Assembly: GCA_964616315.1 (NCBI GenBank)
Contig: CAZTVB010000001.1
Coordinates: forward strand, 1 to 34,385
Direction of reading: 5' to 3'
DNA: 34,385 nucleotides
Source of the DNA: an uncultured Rikenellaceae bacterium
GTDB lineage: Bacteria > Bacteroidota > Bacteroidia > Bacteroidales > Tenuifilaceae
In this document: one piece after another, positions 19,230 to 27,311 of the stretch
Position numbering within the stretch: position 1 is the first letter of the stretch
How the letters are laid out: each line of letters opens with the position of its first letter
The notes under the pieces: generated by a model
What the model saw: only the letters and a program-made list of their open reading frames with translations
Told to the model about the DNA's origin: nothing
The model's database searches: none
Translations under genes and position numbers: made by a program

Positions 19230-19855
19230 GAGTAGCATTTATTATACTTATTGCCCTGGGGCTATACGCTTGCGATAGCCGGGAGGACTACTTTGAGGCG
19301 CTGAACGGTGCGCCTCAAATTAAAATCTACTTCGGATCGGTTGAACAGGACAGCTCTTTTATAGGTGATTCCATAAAAATGGGCTTTCCTAAAAATTACG
19401 GGGTAACGCTTTCCGACGAGGAGGAGGTGGAAATGAAAATTGATGTTCCCGAGGGAATTTCTATAGTTGGGGATGAAACAAAAACGATTAACGCTTTTAC
19501 GCTAGGCGTTAAGAGCATTCGCTTCTTTGCCTACGATGGCTTTGGCCGAAAAGGAGAAAGAACGCTAACCCTTACCAGCTTCGACAACCTAAATCCAGTT
19601 CCTAATTTTACCGTTAACGTTCTAGCCAATCGGGAAATTGAAGTTGTGGCCTCAGGTTCGTACGACAGGGATAGCAAATTTGGCGGCCTGATCGTTTCCT
19701 ACGAGTACACCTTTAACGGCAATATTCAAACGTCCAGCCTTTCGGTCGTTCGCTACCGTTTTGGTACTGCTGGGCAAAAGCGAATTGAGCTACGGGTAAA
19801 GGATAATAGCGGGCAGTGGTCCAATAAGATTGAGGTTTACGTAACCATAAGCTAA
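19226..19855 (+). CDS. Lipoprotein with C-terminal PKD-like domain (TraQ position)
   Basis: Lipobox LYAC|D and PKD-like NLNPVPNF...ASGSYDRD...IVSYEYTF...LRVKDNSG. ATGA overlap with the giant gene. Confidence 0.75.
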   Translation: MRVAFIILIALGLYACDSREDYFEALNGAPQIKIYFGSVEQDSSFIGDSIKMGFPKNYGVTLSDEEEVEMKIDVPEGISIVGDETKTINAFTLGVKSIRFFAYDGFGRKGERTLTLTSFDNLNPVPNFTVNVLANREIEVVASGSYDRDSKFGGLIVSYEYTFNGNIQTSSLSVVRYRFGTAGQKRIELRVKDNSGQWSNKIEVYVTIS

Positions 19856-19916
19856 ATAGAAATAGGAAAGCCCCGAAATGAAGTGAACCCCAAAAGTTGG
19901 ACAATTAATAATTAAG

Positions 19917-20708
19917 TTATTGCGAATGAGTTCGGTATTCTACCGGACTCATTCCATTTAAATGAGCCTTTATTCTTCTGTTGTTATAGTAATCTATGTA
20001 CTCTTCCAATTCTTGATAGAAGTGTTGAACTGAATTGAATTTCTGCAAATATAACAGTTCAGACTTCACTAATCCAAAGAAACTTTCTATTGCTGCATTA
20101 TCCAGGCAGTTCCCTTTTCGGGACATGCTTTGCAGAACTCCCTTCCGTTTTAACCTTAATTGATAGTTACTATGCTGATAATGCCACCCTTGATCTGAAT
20201 GGAGTACCAGGTTTGTTTTATCTGGGATTATGGCTAAAGCGCTATCTATCATATCTATAACCAAGTCAAGAGTAGGCCGAAAGGAAATGTTATAGCTAAT
20301 AATTTCTCTATTGTATAGGTCAATAATTGGTGAGAGATAACACTTGGTCCCATGGATAGAAAACTCTGTTACATCTGTCGCCCACTTTTGGTTAGGCCTA
20401 TCCGCTTTAAAATTTCTTTCGAGCATGTTTGGCGCGATTCGTCCAACGCGCCCTCTGTAGGAACGATACTTCTTCATCCTCACCTCACATTTTAGGCCAA
20501 GGTCTAGCATTAACTTTGAGACTGTTTTGTGGTTCAAGCAAAACCCTCTGTTTCGCATCTCTAACGTAATGCGCCGATAACCATACCTTCCCCTGTTTTT
20601 GTGAAAGATATCCGTAATTATTCTTTTCTCAAGCTCGTACTTATCAGCAGCATTGAGCTGTTTTTTATGGTAGTAGAATGTACTTCTTGCCATTCTGGAC
20701 ACTTTCAA
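19917..20708 (-). CDS. IS3-family transposase OrfB (DDE catalytic domain)
   Basis: YGYRRI, WATDVTE, HSDQG and KGNCLDNAAIESFF motifs. The frame is open upstream and lies -1 relative to orfA. Confidence 0.95.
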   Translation of the reverse strand: MKVSRMARSTFYYHKKQLNAADKYELEKRIITDIFHKNRGRYGYRRITLEMRNRGFCLNHKTVSKLMLDLGLKCEVRMKKYRSYRGRVGRIAPNMLERNFKADRPNQKWATDVTEFSIHGTKCYLSPIIDLYNREIISYNISFRPTLDLVIDMIDSALAIIPDKTNLVLHSDQGWHYQHSNYQLRLKRKGVLQSMSRKGNCLDNAAIESFFGLVKSELLYLQKFNSVQHFYQELEEYIDYYNNRRIKAHLNGMSPVEYRTHSQ

Positions 20709-20734
20709 TATAGATGAAAGCGAATATTTACGCC

Positions 20735-21277
20735 TTAATTCTTGGATGGCTTCGGCTTGCTGCCTCTTTTTGGATTCTCTTTTTTTTGAATTAAGGCGTG
20801 TACTTTTTTTAGGTAGTCGTTCTCGATGCGAAGCCGTTCATTCTCTTTGAGCAACTCCTGGTAATCCAAAGGACTTCCTTCGTTTTTAGGATTGGAATTT
20901 TTCATTTTTGGCGGTCTCCCTCTTGGTTTCCTTTCAAATAAGGCCGATGCCCCATTTTGTTCATACTGCCTCCTCCACTCAGAAAGCACGGAGAGCGAAA
21001 TGCGATGCTTGGCAGACGCTTGGGATAAAGATAGCCCCAATTCTTGTATCTCTTGCACCACCTTAAGTTTAAAATCTCCGCTATAGAAACCATCGTTTTT
21101 GAGAGTCAGCCCTTTGCGCCCGTTGATCCTATAGGCATTTACCCAACCGCTAACTACGCTGTGGCTAGTTTGCAACCTCCGTGCAACCGAACCATAGGTC
21201 TCCCCCTGATTTAACACCATAAGCACTGCGCTTTCTCTGTCGGAAATGCTAAACTTGTTTCTTTTTGCTTTGTCCAT
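20735..21277 (-). CDS. IS3-family transposase OrfA (tandem HTH plus leucine zipper)
   Basis: Probable start ATG 21277 (MDKAKRNKF). Two HTH units, GRPPKM motif and ENERLRIENDYLKK zipper. Confidence 0.9.
   Translation of the reverse strand: MDKAKRNKFSISDRESAVLMVLNQGETYGSVARRLQTSHSVVSGWVNAYRINGRKGLTLKNDGFYSGDFKLKVVQEIQELGLSLSQASAKHRISLSVLSEWRRQYEQNGASALFERKPRGRPPKMKNSNPKNEGSPLDYQELLKENERLRIENDYLKKVHALIQKKENPKRGSKPKPSKN
20779..20810 (-). promoter_or_regulatory. Programmed -1 frameshift window of IS orfA/orfB
   Basis: Two slippery runs on the - strand, CTA AAA AAA G (A7G) and CAA AAA AAA G (A8G). The -1 frame is open into orfB. Confidence 0.7.
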
Positions 21278-21338
21278 AAAAAACACCCCAAATGTTGTGT
21301 CCAACATTTGGGGTGCATATCAAAAGGGGCTTTTTTAT

Positions 21339-22160
21339 TTATAGCTCTTTGGACTGCGATTGGGTGAGTAGTTTATATGAGTTTTCCAGCTGTTTACTTG
21401 TTATAAGGTCGTTCTTGAGGTAGGTTTCCTTATTGGCCGAAAGAGAATTTAAGAGTTTGACTGTTTTTTCAGGGTTGGCGCTAGAAATTTCCCAAAAGAA
21501 ATTCGTTAGTTTATGCTGGGAGTACCCCTTGAAGTTTGCAATCATATTGATGGAAAACTCCTTTTCTGTTAAGTTGGTTTTGTTTTTCAGCTTATGAACC
21601 ATCGGAAAAATATCCTTTTCGTGGGCCAGGTACTTCTTGTTGCATACAAGGGCGCAGATATTCTCCACCTGAATGCCGTTCTTTTCGAGTTCTCGCCGGA
21701 AGTTAACGGCGCTCTCTCCAGTGGAAAACCAATCTTCAAGAACAAATACGGTTTTTCCGTTGCAAAAGGATTTTAGGCTGTCGAGTTTTTTGTCTGATAT
21801 TGATCCGAAAAGAATAGGGTCTTTAACCCTCTCGGTAAATGATAGCGCCTGTTTTGAAGGGGTTCTGTTTTTAGTGTAAAAGTTAGCATCGGAGTTAATG
21901 AAGGTGGTGTTCTTTATATCATCTTTAATAAAATTAGCGAGAACGGCAGGAATAATGTTTTTTCCTGTGGTCGATGGAACGCTAATAAGAACGCTTCCTT
22001 CAGAAATGGACTTCTGGAATACGCTACGAACAAATGTGTAGTTAAACCCCACAAAATTTGTGGTTTCGGGTAGGGGGTAATCGTTTTGTAGCAGATTTTT
22101 TTTGGATGCTACAAAATTATCCCGATGCTTGGCCTCGAACTGAGATAGCGAGACGATCAT
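21339..22160 (-). CDS. Phosphoribosyltransferase-fold protein (ComF-like)
   Basis: PRPP-binding loop VFVLEDWFSTGESA and upstream VPSTTGKNIIP motif. Confidence 0.75.
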   Translation of the reverse strand: MIVSLSQFEAKHRDNFVASKKNLLQNDYPLPETTNFVGFNYTFVRSVFQKSISEGSVLISVPSTTGKNIIPAVLANFIKDDIKNTTFINSDANFYTKNRTPSKQALSFTERVKDPILFGSISDKKLDSLKSFCNGKTVFVLEDWFSTGESAVNFRRELEKNGIQVENICALVCNKKYLAHEKDIFPMVHKLKNKTNLTEKEFSINMIANFKGYSQHKLTNFFWEISSANPEKTVKLLNSLSANKETYLKNDLITSKQLENSYKLLTQSQSKEL

Positions 22161-22372
22161 ATTATTTTTTCTTTAGTAAGCCTATCGATTAGCCTCTGTG
22201 AGGACCACTCCTTAAATTTAAGAAATGTTTTTTCGTTAAGTAGAGGGAAAGGGAAGTGCGTATTTGGGTTTAGGCAGTACTCCTTGTAGTCCTTCTCAAG
22301 GCTTAAAAAGAAATTGTTCTCTTCTGCGGTGAAGAGGGATGATTGGTTAAATATGCTAAAAAAATTATCCAC
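22157..22372 (-). CDS. Hypothetical protein
   Basis: 71-aa ORF overlapping both neighbours, consistent with translational coupling. Confidence 0.6.
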   Translation of the reverse strand: MDNFFSIFNQSSLFTAEENNFFLSLEKDYKEYCLNPNTHFPFPLLNEKTFLKFKEWSSQRLIDRLTKEKII

Positions 22373-22715
22373 GTAGGGTAAACATTTTTATGGGTTTATT
22401 ATGCTTCTTGGCAAATTTAATAGCGTGGGCGGTTCCCTTACTTTCTCCATCCCAAAACGCTACGACAAGATCGCTTCTAAGAATTATATCTTCGTTCCTG
22501 GCTAAAGGGGCTACTCGCTTGTTTTCGAATAGAGCATAATTGGGCTTAATAATGTCCGTAACAATTCCTTTACTTAAAGCCCATTTTTCTGCTATTGTGT
22601 CAACTCCCTTGGCTCCTCCCGATATAACACACGAAACCTCGTTAAGTTGTTCTAAAACGCTTAAAATAAACTTATCGTCGGTTATGGTTCTCGATCCTAT
22701 TACAGCAACTTTCAT
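22365..22715 (-). CDS. SLOG-superfamily (DprA/YspA-related) nucleotide-binding protein
   Basis: VAVIGSR, ISGGAKGVD..AE..A, LARNEDI and VAFWDGESKGT motifs. Confidence 0.85.
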   Translation of the reverse strand: MKVAVIGSRTITDDKFILSVLEQLNEVSCVISGGAKGVDTIAEKWALSKGIVTDIIKPNYALFENKRVAPLARNEDIILRSDLVVAFWDGESKGTAHAIKFAKKHNKPIKMFTLRG

Positions 22716-24838
22716 TAAAATAAAAATTTAATCTTGTTTTCACTGTCAAGTTGCAGCTCAGCATCAAACTTTTTTCCTCTGCTGCTGGTCATTCCCTTTA
22801 CAAGCACTTTTTTTCCTTTGAAGAGTTCAAAGGCAACTTTAAGGGATATGGTTTTTTTTGCGACTTCCTTGTAAACCTTCTTCTTGCAAGTCTCGCAAAG
22901 GTAATAAAACTTATCCTCCTTTATTATGCCTCCGCAGGGGCAGGGGTTAATTGATTCAGCTTTAATAGCGCCATCAATAAATGTTTTTATGTAGTCAAAT
23001 GAGTTGTCCTGTTTATTAAAATCTTTTATACCCTTTTCCTTGGCGATTTTTTTAGCTAGTTCAATCATTTTGGGCGTTGCCTGTTTTGAGGATTGAACCT
23101 CGATAGAGGACTCCTTAAGATTCTTGACTTGTTCCTCTGTGAACTTGGAAACGGTTGATATAAATTCTCTATAACCATTGGAGTGCGTGTTGTTCTTGTA
23201 TATTAACTCCAGGCTGTTCTCCCACTGAGAGGTAATCTCAACATCGTAAAGGTTACAGCTAGAGGTTTTAAGTATAGAAATAAGTTCTAGCCCTTTCTCT
23301 GTGGCCACGATGTTTTTTTTATCCCTTTTTAGGTAGGAAACGGTAAAGAGCCTTTCAATGATATGCGCTCTGGTGGCTGGTGTTCCCAGGTTATACTTAT
23401 CCATTGCACCTAAAAGTGTGTCCTCGGTAATGTGCTTCGGTGGCTCTGTGAACTTTTGCTGTACCTCTGAATTACCTATGGAGCATATATCCTTTTCGCT
23501 AACTAAGGGAAGAAGCAATGATTTGTCCGCTTCGCTTTCCTCTGGAGCATTAAAGGATTTCCAGCCGTTCTCAATGATAGTTTTACCCCTTGAAATGAGA
23601 ACAATGCCCTCTAGTTTGGTGCTGAAGGTTAGTTTCGTCTCCTCATACGTATGGGGCTTCATAAAGGCTGAAACGAAAGATTTCAGTACTAGGTTAAAGA
23701 CGTTAAGCTCATCCTGATTGGATCCTGTGTACTTGCTAAGGGGAATGATGGCGTGGTGGTCGGTTAGTTTTGACGTGTCAAAGACTCGCTTTCCGGGCCT
23801 GTTTACATCCACGTCCTGATGCTGGGCAAAATAGGTAAGCTTTTCAGAGGCCAGTAGGAGGGAGGATTCTGCAAGGTGGTTCGCATCCGTTCGCGGGTAC
23901 GAGGTACACTTAAAGGTTTCGTATAGCGTTTGGGCAATGGTTAGGGTTTGCTGCGCTGTGTACCCAAACCTTCTGTTTGCTTCTCGCTGAAGGGAGGTAA
24001 GGCTGTGAAGGAGGGGTGGGTTTTCATTTTTTGTTGTTTTGCTTACGTTTATACAGGGCGCAGTTGGGTTTTGCGTTAAGGAGCTGACAATGCTCCTGGC
24101 TACATCCTCGGTGAACCTCTCTGGTTTATCCTCCGCTTTTGTGCTGAAAGCCTGAGATAAGAAGGGCGTTTTGTCAACCGATGCGAGGTTGGCCATTACG
24201 GTGAAGTACTTCTGAGGGGTGAACTTTGATATTGCGCTATCCCGCTCTGTTACCAAGAACAGTGTTGGCGTTTGAACCCTGCCCAGGGACCAGATCTCCT
24301 TTGCCTTTATGGAGAAAAATCGGGTGAAGTTTACCCCAACGATCCAGTCGGCAACCTGTCTGGCCGCCGCAGCGTAGTAAAGGCTGTCGTAGGCTGAAAG
24401 GGGCTTTATGTTTTGAATTCCTCGAAGGACAACGTTAGGGGTAAGTGCCTCCGAGCTCCAGAACCTAAATCCGTTCGTTGTGCCAATCTTTGAGTAAATA
24501 AGGATTTCTCGGGCTATAAGTTCACCTTCTCGTCCGGCATCGGTGGCTACTATGTATGAGGTTGCTTCCTTTAGCAGTTTAATGATGTTAAAGAGCTGCT
24601 TCTTCTTGTCGGCTTCAACTTGGTAGGGAAACGTAAATGGAAGCAAGGGAAGGGTATCTAAGCTCCATTTCCCATCGTTATATTTTGAATCATCAATCTT
24701 CAGTAGGTGGCCAAAGGCCCAGGTTATCTTATACTCCCCGCAGTCTATAAAACCATCCCCTTTTTTTCCTCCATCTGGAGCAAGAGCTTTGGCAAAGTCC
24801 TGAGCTACGGAGGGTTTTTCTGTAATGATGAGCTTCAT
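22715..24838 (-). CDS. topB: Type IA DNA topoisomerase III
   Basis: LIITEKPS, ATDAGREGELI, SLGRVQTPT, catalytic SYPRTD, DHHAIIP and LGTPATRA motifs, plus a C-terminal Cys repeat. Confidence 0.95.
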   Translation of the reverse strand: MKLIITEKPSVAQDFAKALAPDGGKKGDGFIDCGEYKITWAFGHLLKIDDSKYNDGKWSLDTLPLLPFTFPYQVEADKKKQLFNIIKLLKEATSYIVATDAGREGELIAREILIYSKIGTTNGFRFWSSEALTPNVVLRGIQNIKPLSAYDSLYYAAAARQVADWIVGVNFTRFFSIKAKEIWSLGRVQTPTLFLVTERDSAISKFTPQKYFTVMANLASVDKTPFLSQAFSTKAEDKPERFTEDVARSIVSSLTQNPTAPCINVSKTTKNENPPLLHSLTSLQREANRRFGYTAQQTLTIAQTLYETFKCTSYPRTDANHLAESSLLLASEKLTYFAQHQDVDVNRPGKRVFDTSKLTDHHAIIPLSKYTGSNQDELNVFNLVLKSFVSAFMKPHTYEETKLTFSTKLEGIVLISRGKTIIENGWKSFNAPEESEADKSLLLPLVSEKDICSIGNSEVQQKFTEPPKHITEDTLLGAMDKYNLGTPATRAHIIERLFTVSYLKRDKKNIVATEKGLELISILKTSSCNLYDVEITSQWENSLELIYKNNTHSNGYREFISTVSKFTEEQVKNLKESSIEVQSSKQATPKMIELAKKIAKEKGIKDFNKQDNSFDYIKTFIDGAIKAESINPCPCGGIIKEDKFYYLCETCKKKVYKEVAKKTISLKVAFELFKGKKVLVKGMTSSRGKKFDAELQLDSENKIKFLF

Positions 24839-24844
24839 ATTAGA

Positions 24845-25045
24845 TTATTTAATGATAACTATAAAAAAAAGGAGAATAAGAGAGATTAATGATGATACCA
24901 AAAAAGTAATAAAAGATATTTTAAGGAGTTTTTTAAAAGTGGTGGACTGGGGTGATTTAAGACGAATAAAAGAAAATAAAGAAACAACAGCCATCAAGGA
25001 AATAAAAACAAAGGCAGAAGTTAAGTAGTAAAGATTCCAAATCAT
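24845..25045 (-). CDS. Small two-TM membrane protein
   Basis: Two hydrophobic helices, in line with the - strand operon. Confidence 0.5.
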   Translation of the reverse strand: MIWNLYYLTSAFVFISLMAVVSLFSFIRLKSPQSTTFKKLLKISFITFLVSSLISLILLFFIVIIK

Positions 25046-25263
25046 AGTTCGAATGGTTTTAGGTATTTGAGTTCTCCATTTATGTAAAAGAATGCAATTT
25101 GCTTAAAAACCCTTGGTGGGTTTTCGGTGAGCGCTTCGGTAACCACCCTTCTAAAGAAGTTAACTACCTTTTTCTCGTTTCCCTGCCTATAGTTAATGGT
25201 TATCGGCTTACAGTGGCTTTTCTTGTCCTTAGGAAATAGCGAAGCGAAATCATTCTGTTTCAT
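25042..25263 (-). CDS. Hypothetical protein
   Basis: 73-aa ORF overlapping its neighbours in the operon. Confidence 0.55.
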   Translation of the reverse strand: MKQNDFASLFPKDKKSHCKPITINYRQGNEKKVVNFFRRVVTEALTENPPRVFKQIAFFYINGELKYLKPFEL

Positions 25264-25645
25264 TGGTATTAGGCTTTGGTTCTAGGGGTTCTTCGGTTGT
25301 AGTGGTAACCTTTTTTCGGTAAGCAATTCCAGTTGCTTGATTATCTAGGCCATTGTCATGGTATTCTAAAATAACAATGATTTCCGCTTTTAAGGCAGCG
25401 GCTTTTTTTCGCATATTGAGACGAAGTTTTTCGTTTTTTTTGTAATACTTTCCGCTCATGTCCTCTCCAATGCCTGATATTTTGCCAAGGTTCTCCATAT
25501 CCTTTATTTGCTCACTTGCTTTTTTCCCTTCGTAAACAATTAAAATATTACGGGTCAGTGAATCCTCGTAGTGAGAAAGAGGAGGAACTTGCGAAAATAA
25601 GGTAAGTGAGAAAAAAAAGAAAAATAAAAAGGTTAGTGTTTTCAT
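25250..25645 (-). CDS. Secreted hypothetical protein, possible YbjQ/dodecin-like fold
   Basis: Signal peptide LFS|Q and a KKAAALKAEIIVI...ATGIAYR pattern. Confidence 0.55.
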   Translation of the reverse strand: MKTLTFLFFFFFSLTLFSQVPPLSHYEDSLTRNILIVYEGKKASEQIKDMENLGKISGIGEDMSGKYYKKNEKLRLNMRKKAAALKAEIIVILEYHDNGLDNQATGIAYRKKVTTTTEEPLEPKPNTNETE

Positions 25646-25663
25646 GGTAAAAAGTTTTTGTGT

Positions 25664-25876
25664 TTACTGTTGTGGCGTTTTTTTGTGGTGCTGGTTAGTT
25701 TGTTTGGAAACAATGGGTTGTTTTGTGTTGTAAGTTGTAATATTTTCTGCCTCCTGTTCTGTGGCAATTAACCTCTCCAGTTCAAAGTACCTGGTCAAAA
25801 GGTCTCTCGGTGGAAAGTTGAAGCTCCTCATTTTGGCAAGCACCTCCTCCTTTTCCTGTAAATGCTTAGTGAGCAT
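25664..25876 (-). CDS. Hypothetical protein
   Basis: Probable start ATG 25876 (MLTKHLQEK), overlapping the end of the upstream gene. Confidence 0.45.
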   Translation of the reverse strand: MLTKHLQEKEEVLAKMRSFNFPPRDLLTRYFELERLIATEQEAENITTYNTKQPIVSKQTNQHHKKTPQQ

Positions 25877-26207
25877 ACTTTTCAAGGTCTTTAATTTCTT
25901 CAGTATGGAAAAGGGCCATTTCGTTAAGAACATCGTAGATTAAATCGAAGGTCTTATTGTCGGTGATGTCTACCTTGTCGTAAAAGTCAACGATAACCAA
26001 AAGATCCTTATCCCCGTTGTGAAGCAGTACCTCCTTGAAAAACAGGTTCTCCTGCCTTGCTATTATCACATCGTCCTCGTCATACGAATCGGCAACTTCA
26101 ACCATAAACTTAGGGTATTGGGTGTGAAGTATGTAGTTCAGCTCTGGCTCTTCGTAGGAAGCGCAGTCCATAAAGCGGGGAACGTGGTTATTGTTGTTGT
26201 ACGACAT
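25866..26207 (-). CDS. Acidic hypothetical protein
   Basis: 113 aa containing PRFM...YILHTQYPKF. Lies directly downstream of a small HTH-like gene. Confidence 0.65.
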   Translation of the reverse strand: MSYNNNNHVPRFMDCASYEEPELNYILHTQYPKFMVEVADSYDEDDVIIARQENLFFKEVLLHNGDKDLLVIVDFYDKVDITDNKTFDLIYDVLNEMALFHTEEIKDLEKYAH

Positions 26208-26236
26208 AGGTGTAACTGTTTTATTTGCTTATTTTA

Positions 26237-26428
26237 CTATTTTTCCCACTGCATCTGCTGCACCATCCTGAAACCACAGGATTTCAGAATCTTTATCTGT
26301 GTCTCTAGTTCTAAACCGCCAGCTAAAAATCGCTTCTTGTAAACTCTTGCCGTTGATTCGTTTAGCCCTGATCCCTTGTACCATGACCTTTCGTTAAAAA
26401 GTTTCCTTAGTGCATCCTCTGTTGTCAT
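26237..26428 (-). CDS. Small HTH-like DNA-binding protein
   Basis: 63 aa, helical, GLNESTARVYKKRF...LETQIKILKSCGF. Has its own promoter motif. Confidence 0.55.
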   Translation of the reverse strand: MTTEDALRKLFNERSWYKGSGLNESTARVYKKRFLAGGLELETQIKILKSCGFRMVQQMQWEK

Positions 26429-26432
26429 GCTG

Positions 26433-26464
26433 CAAATATACTAAAACGTTACATATAAGAAACG
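26433..26464 (-). promoter_or_regulatory. Bacteroidota -7 element plus adjacent imperfect palindrome (operator candidate)
   Basis: TATATTTG on the - strand at 26433-26440, 4 nt before the ATG. The sequence CGTTACATATAAGAAACG (26447-26464) has 7 of 9 symmetric pairs. Confidence 0.55.
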
Positions 26465-26476
26465 ATTTTGAGAAAA

Positions 26477-27244
26477 TTATTTATTCTCTTTAAGTTTTTC
26501 ATTCTGTTTTTTCAGGCGCTCTATGTAGTTTTTGTTGCGTTGTATTTGCTCTTTCTTTACTTTAATATTTTTTTCTAAAGTGTTAAGATTCCTATCTAAA
26601 ACGATGATTTTTTGCTCTAAAATCAGTTGCTTATTATTTAACTCTAAGTTTTCAGTCTCTAATTTATAGTTATGGTCTTTTAAAAATTTAAAATCATTGT
26701 AAATCAGGTTGAAATGTTTAATAACTTTATTGCTTTTACGGCTTATTAAGCCGCCAATAATTAAGGTATATGCTATAGCTGAAATTAATATAAGAATAAA
26801 ATAAAAAGATTTTAACCAAAGTTTATCCCGTAAAGTTTCGATGTAACTTTGCTTGTGCTTATTGAACAATTCAAAATTATAGCGATTGGATTTTATAAGC
26901 GAAGCGTGCCTTTTTAGAATTGTTTCTAAACTGTCCGTGTTTTTTGTAGAGTCTGTATAGACTAAGTTAACACCTCCAAGAACAAAGCGAGTATGTATTA
27001 CATACCCATTATTACCAATTGATATACTTGAATCACCATCGGCATAACGCTTTAACTCGGAACAGCCTACAGAAACAAAAAGTAAAAAAAGAAACACACA
27101 GAAATAAAATGAGGTGTTTCCCAAATCGCTGCTTTTTGAATATTTTGTAACCAACTCATGTAAAGAATTGAATTCTTTTGAAAGGCCTTTTACCAATTCT
27201 GAAGAATCGGGTGAAGGGGTTACTTTAAAGTTTGTTGTTTTCAT
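26477..27244 (-). CDS. Membrane protein with C-terminal coiled coil
   Basis: Two hydrophobic segments and a heptad-rich C-terminus. Confidence 0.6.
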   Translation of the reverse strand: MKTTNFKVTPSPDSSELVKGLSKEFNSLHELVTKYSKSSDLGNTSFYFCVFLFLLFVSVGCSELKRYADGDSSISIGNNGYVIHTRFVLGGVNLVYTDSTKNTDSLETILKRHASLIKSNRYNFELFNKHKQSYIETLRDKLWLKSFYFILILISAIAYTLIIGGLISRKSNKVIKHFNLIYNDFKFLKDHNYKLETENLELNNKQLILEQKIIVLDRNLNTLEKNIKVKKEQIQRNKNYIERLKKQNEKLKENK

Positions 27245-27311
27245 GATGAATGGTATGAGTTTTAGTATTTTTTAAAAGATAGAATTAAGTGATTTGTTTT
27301 GGGTATAACTT

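Larger units (their letters stand above)
98..19855 (+). mobile_element. Bacteroidota-type conjugative transfer (T4SS) operon of a plasmid or ICE
   Basis: Tightly packed co-directional ORFs in CTnDOT-like order (A/B, E, F, G, J, K, M, N, O). Several signal peptides are followed by Gln (AYS|Q, CNA|Q, AKA|Q, SFS|Q), which is typical of Bacteroidota. Confidence 0.9.
19879..21322 (-). mobile_element. IS3-family insertion sequence (IS150-like), 1444 bp
   Basis: TG...CA ends with 25-bp inverted repeats matching at 21/25 (TGAAGTGAACCCCAAAAGTTGGACA vs TGATATGCACCCCAAATGTTGGACA). 3-bp target duplication AAA (19876-19878 and 21323-21325). Contains orfA and orfB. Confidence 0.95.
19867..21336. terminator. 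Hairpin terminator between convergent operons, split by the IS
   Basis: Removing the IS and one AAA copy restores AAAGCCCC-GAAA-GGGGCTTTTTT (arms at 19867-19874 and 21326-21336). Confidence 0.85.

Noticed and set aside
21278-21307. Extended orfA start (MLDTTFGVFF)
   Set aside because: It begins within the IS terminal repeat and hairpin. ATG 21277 is preferred.
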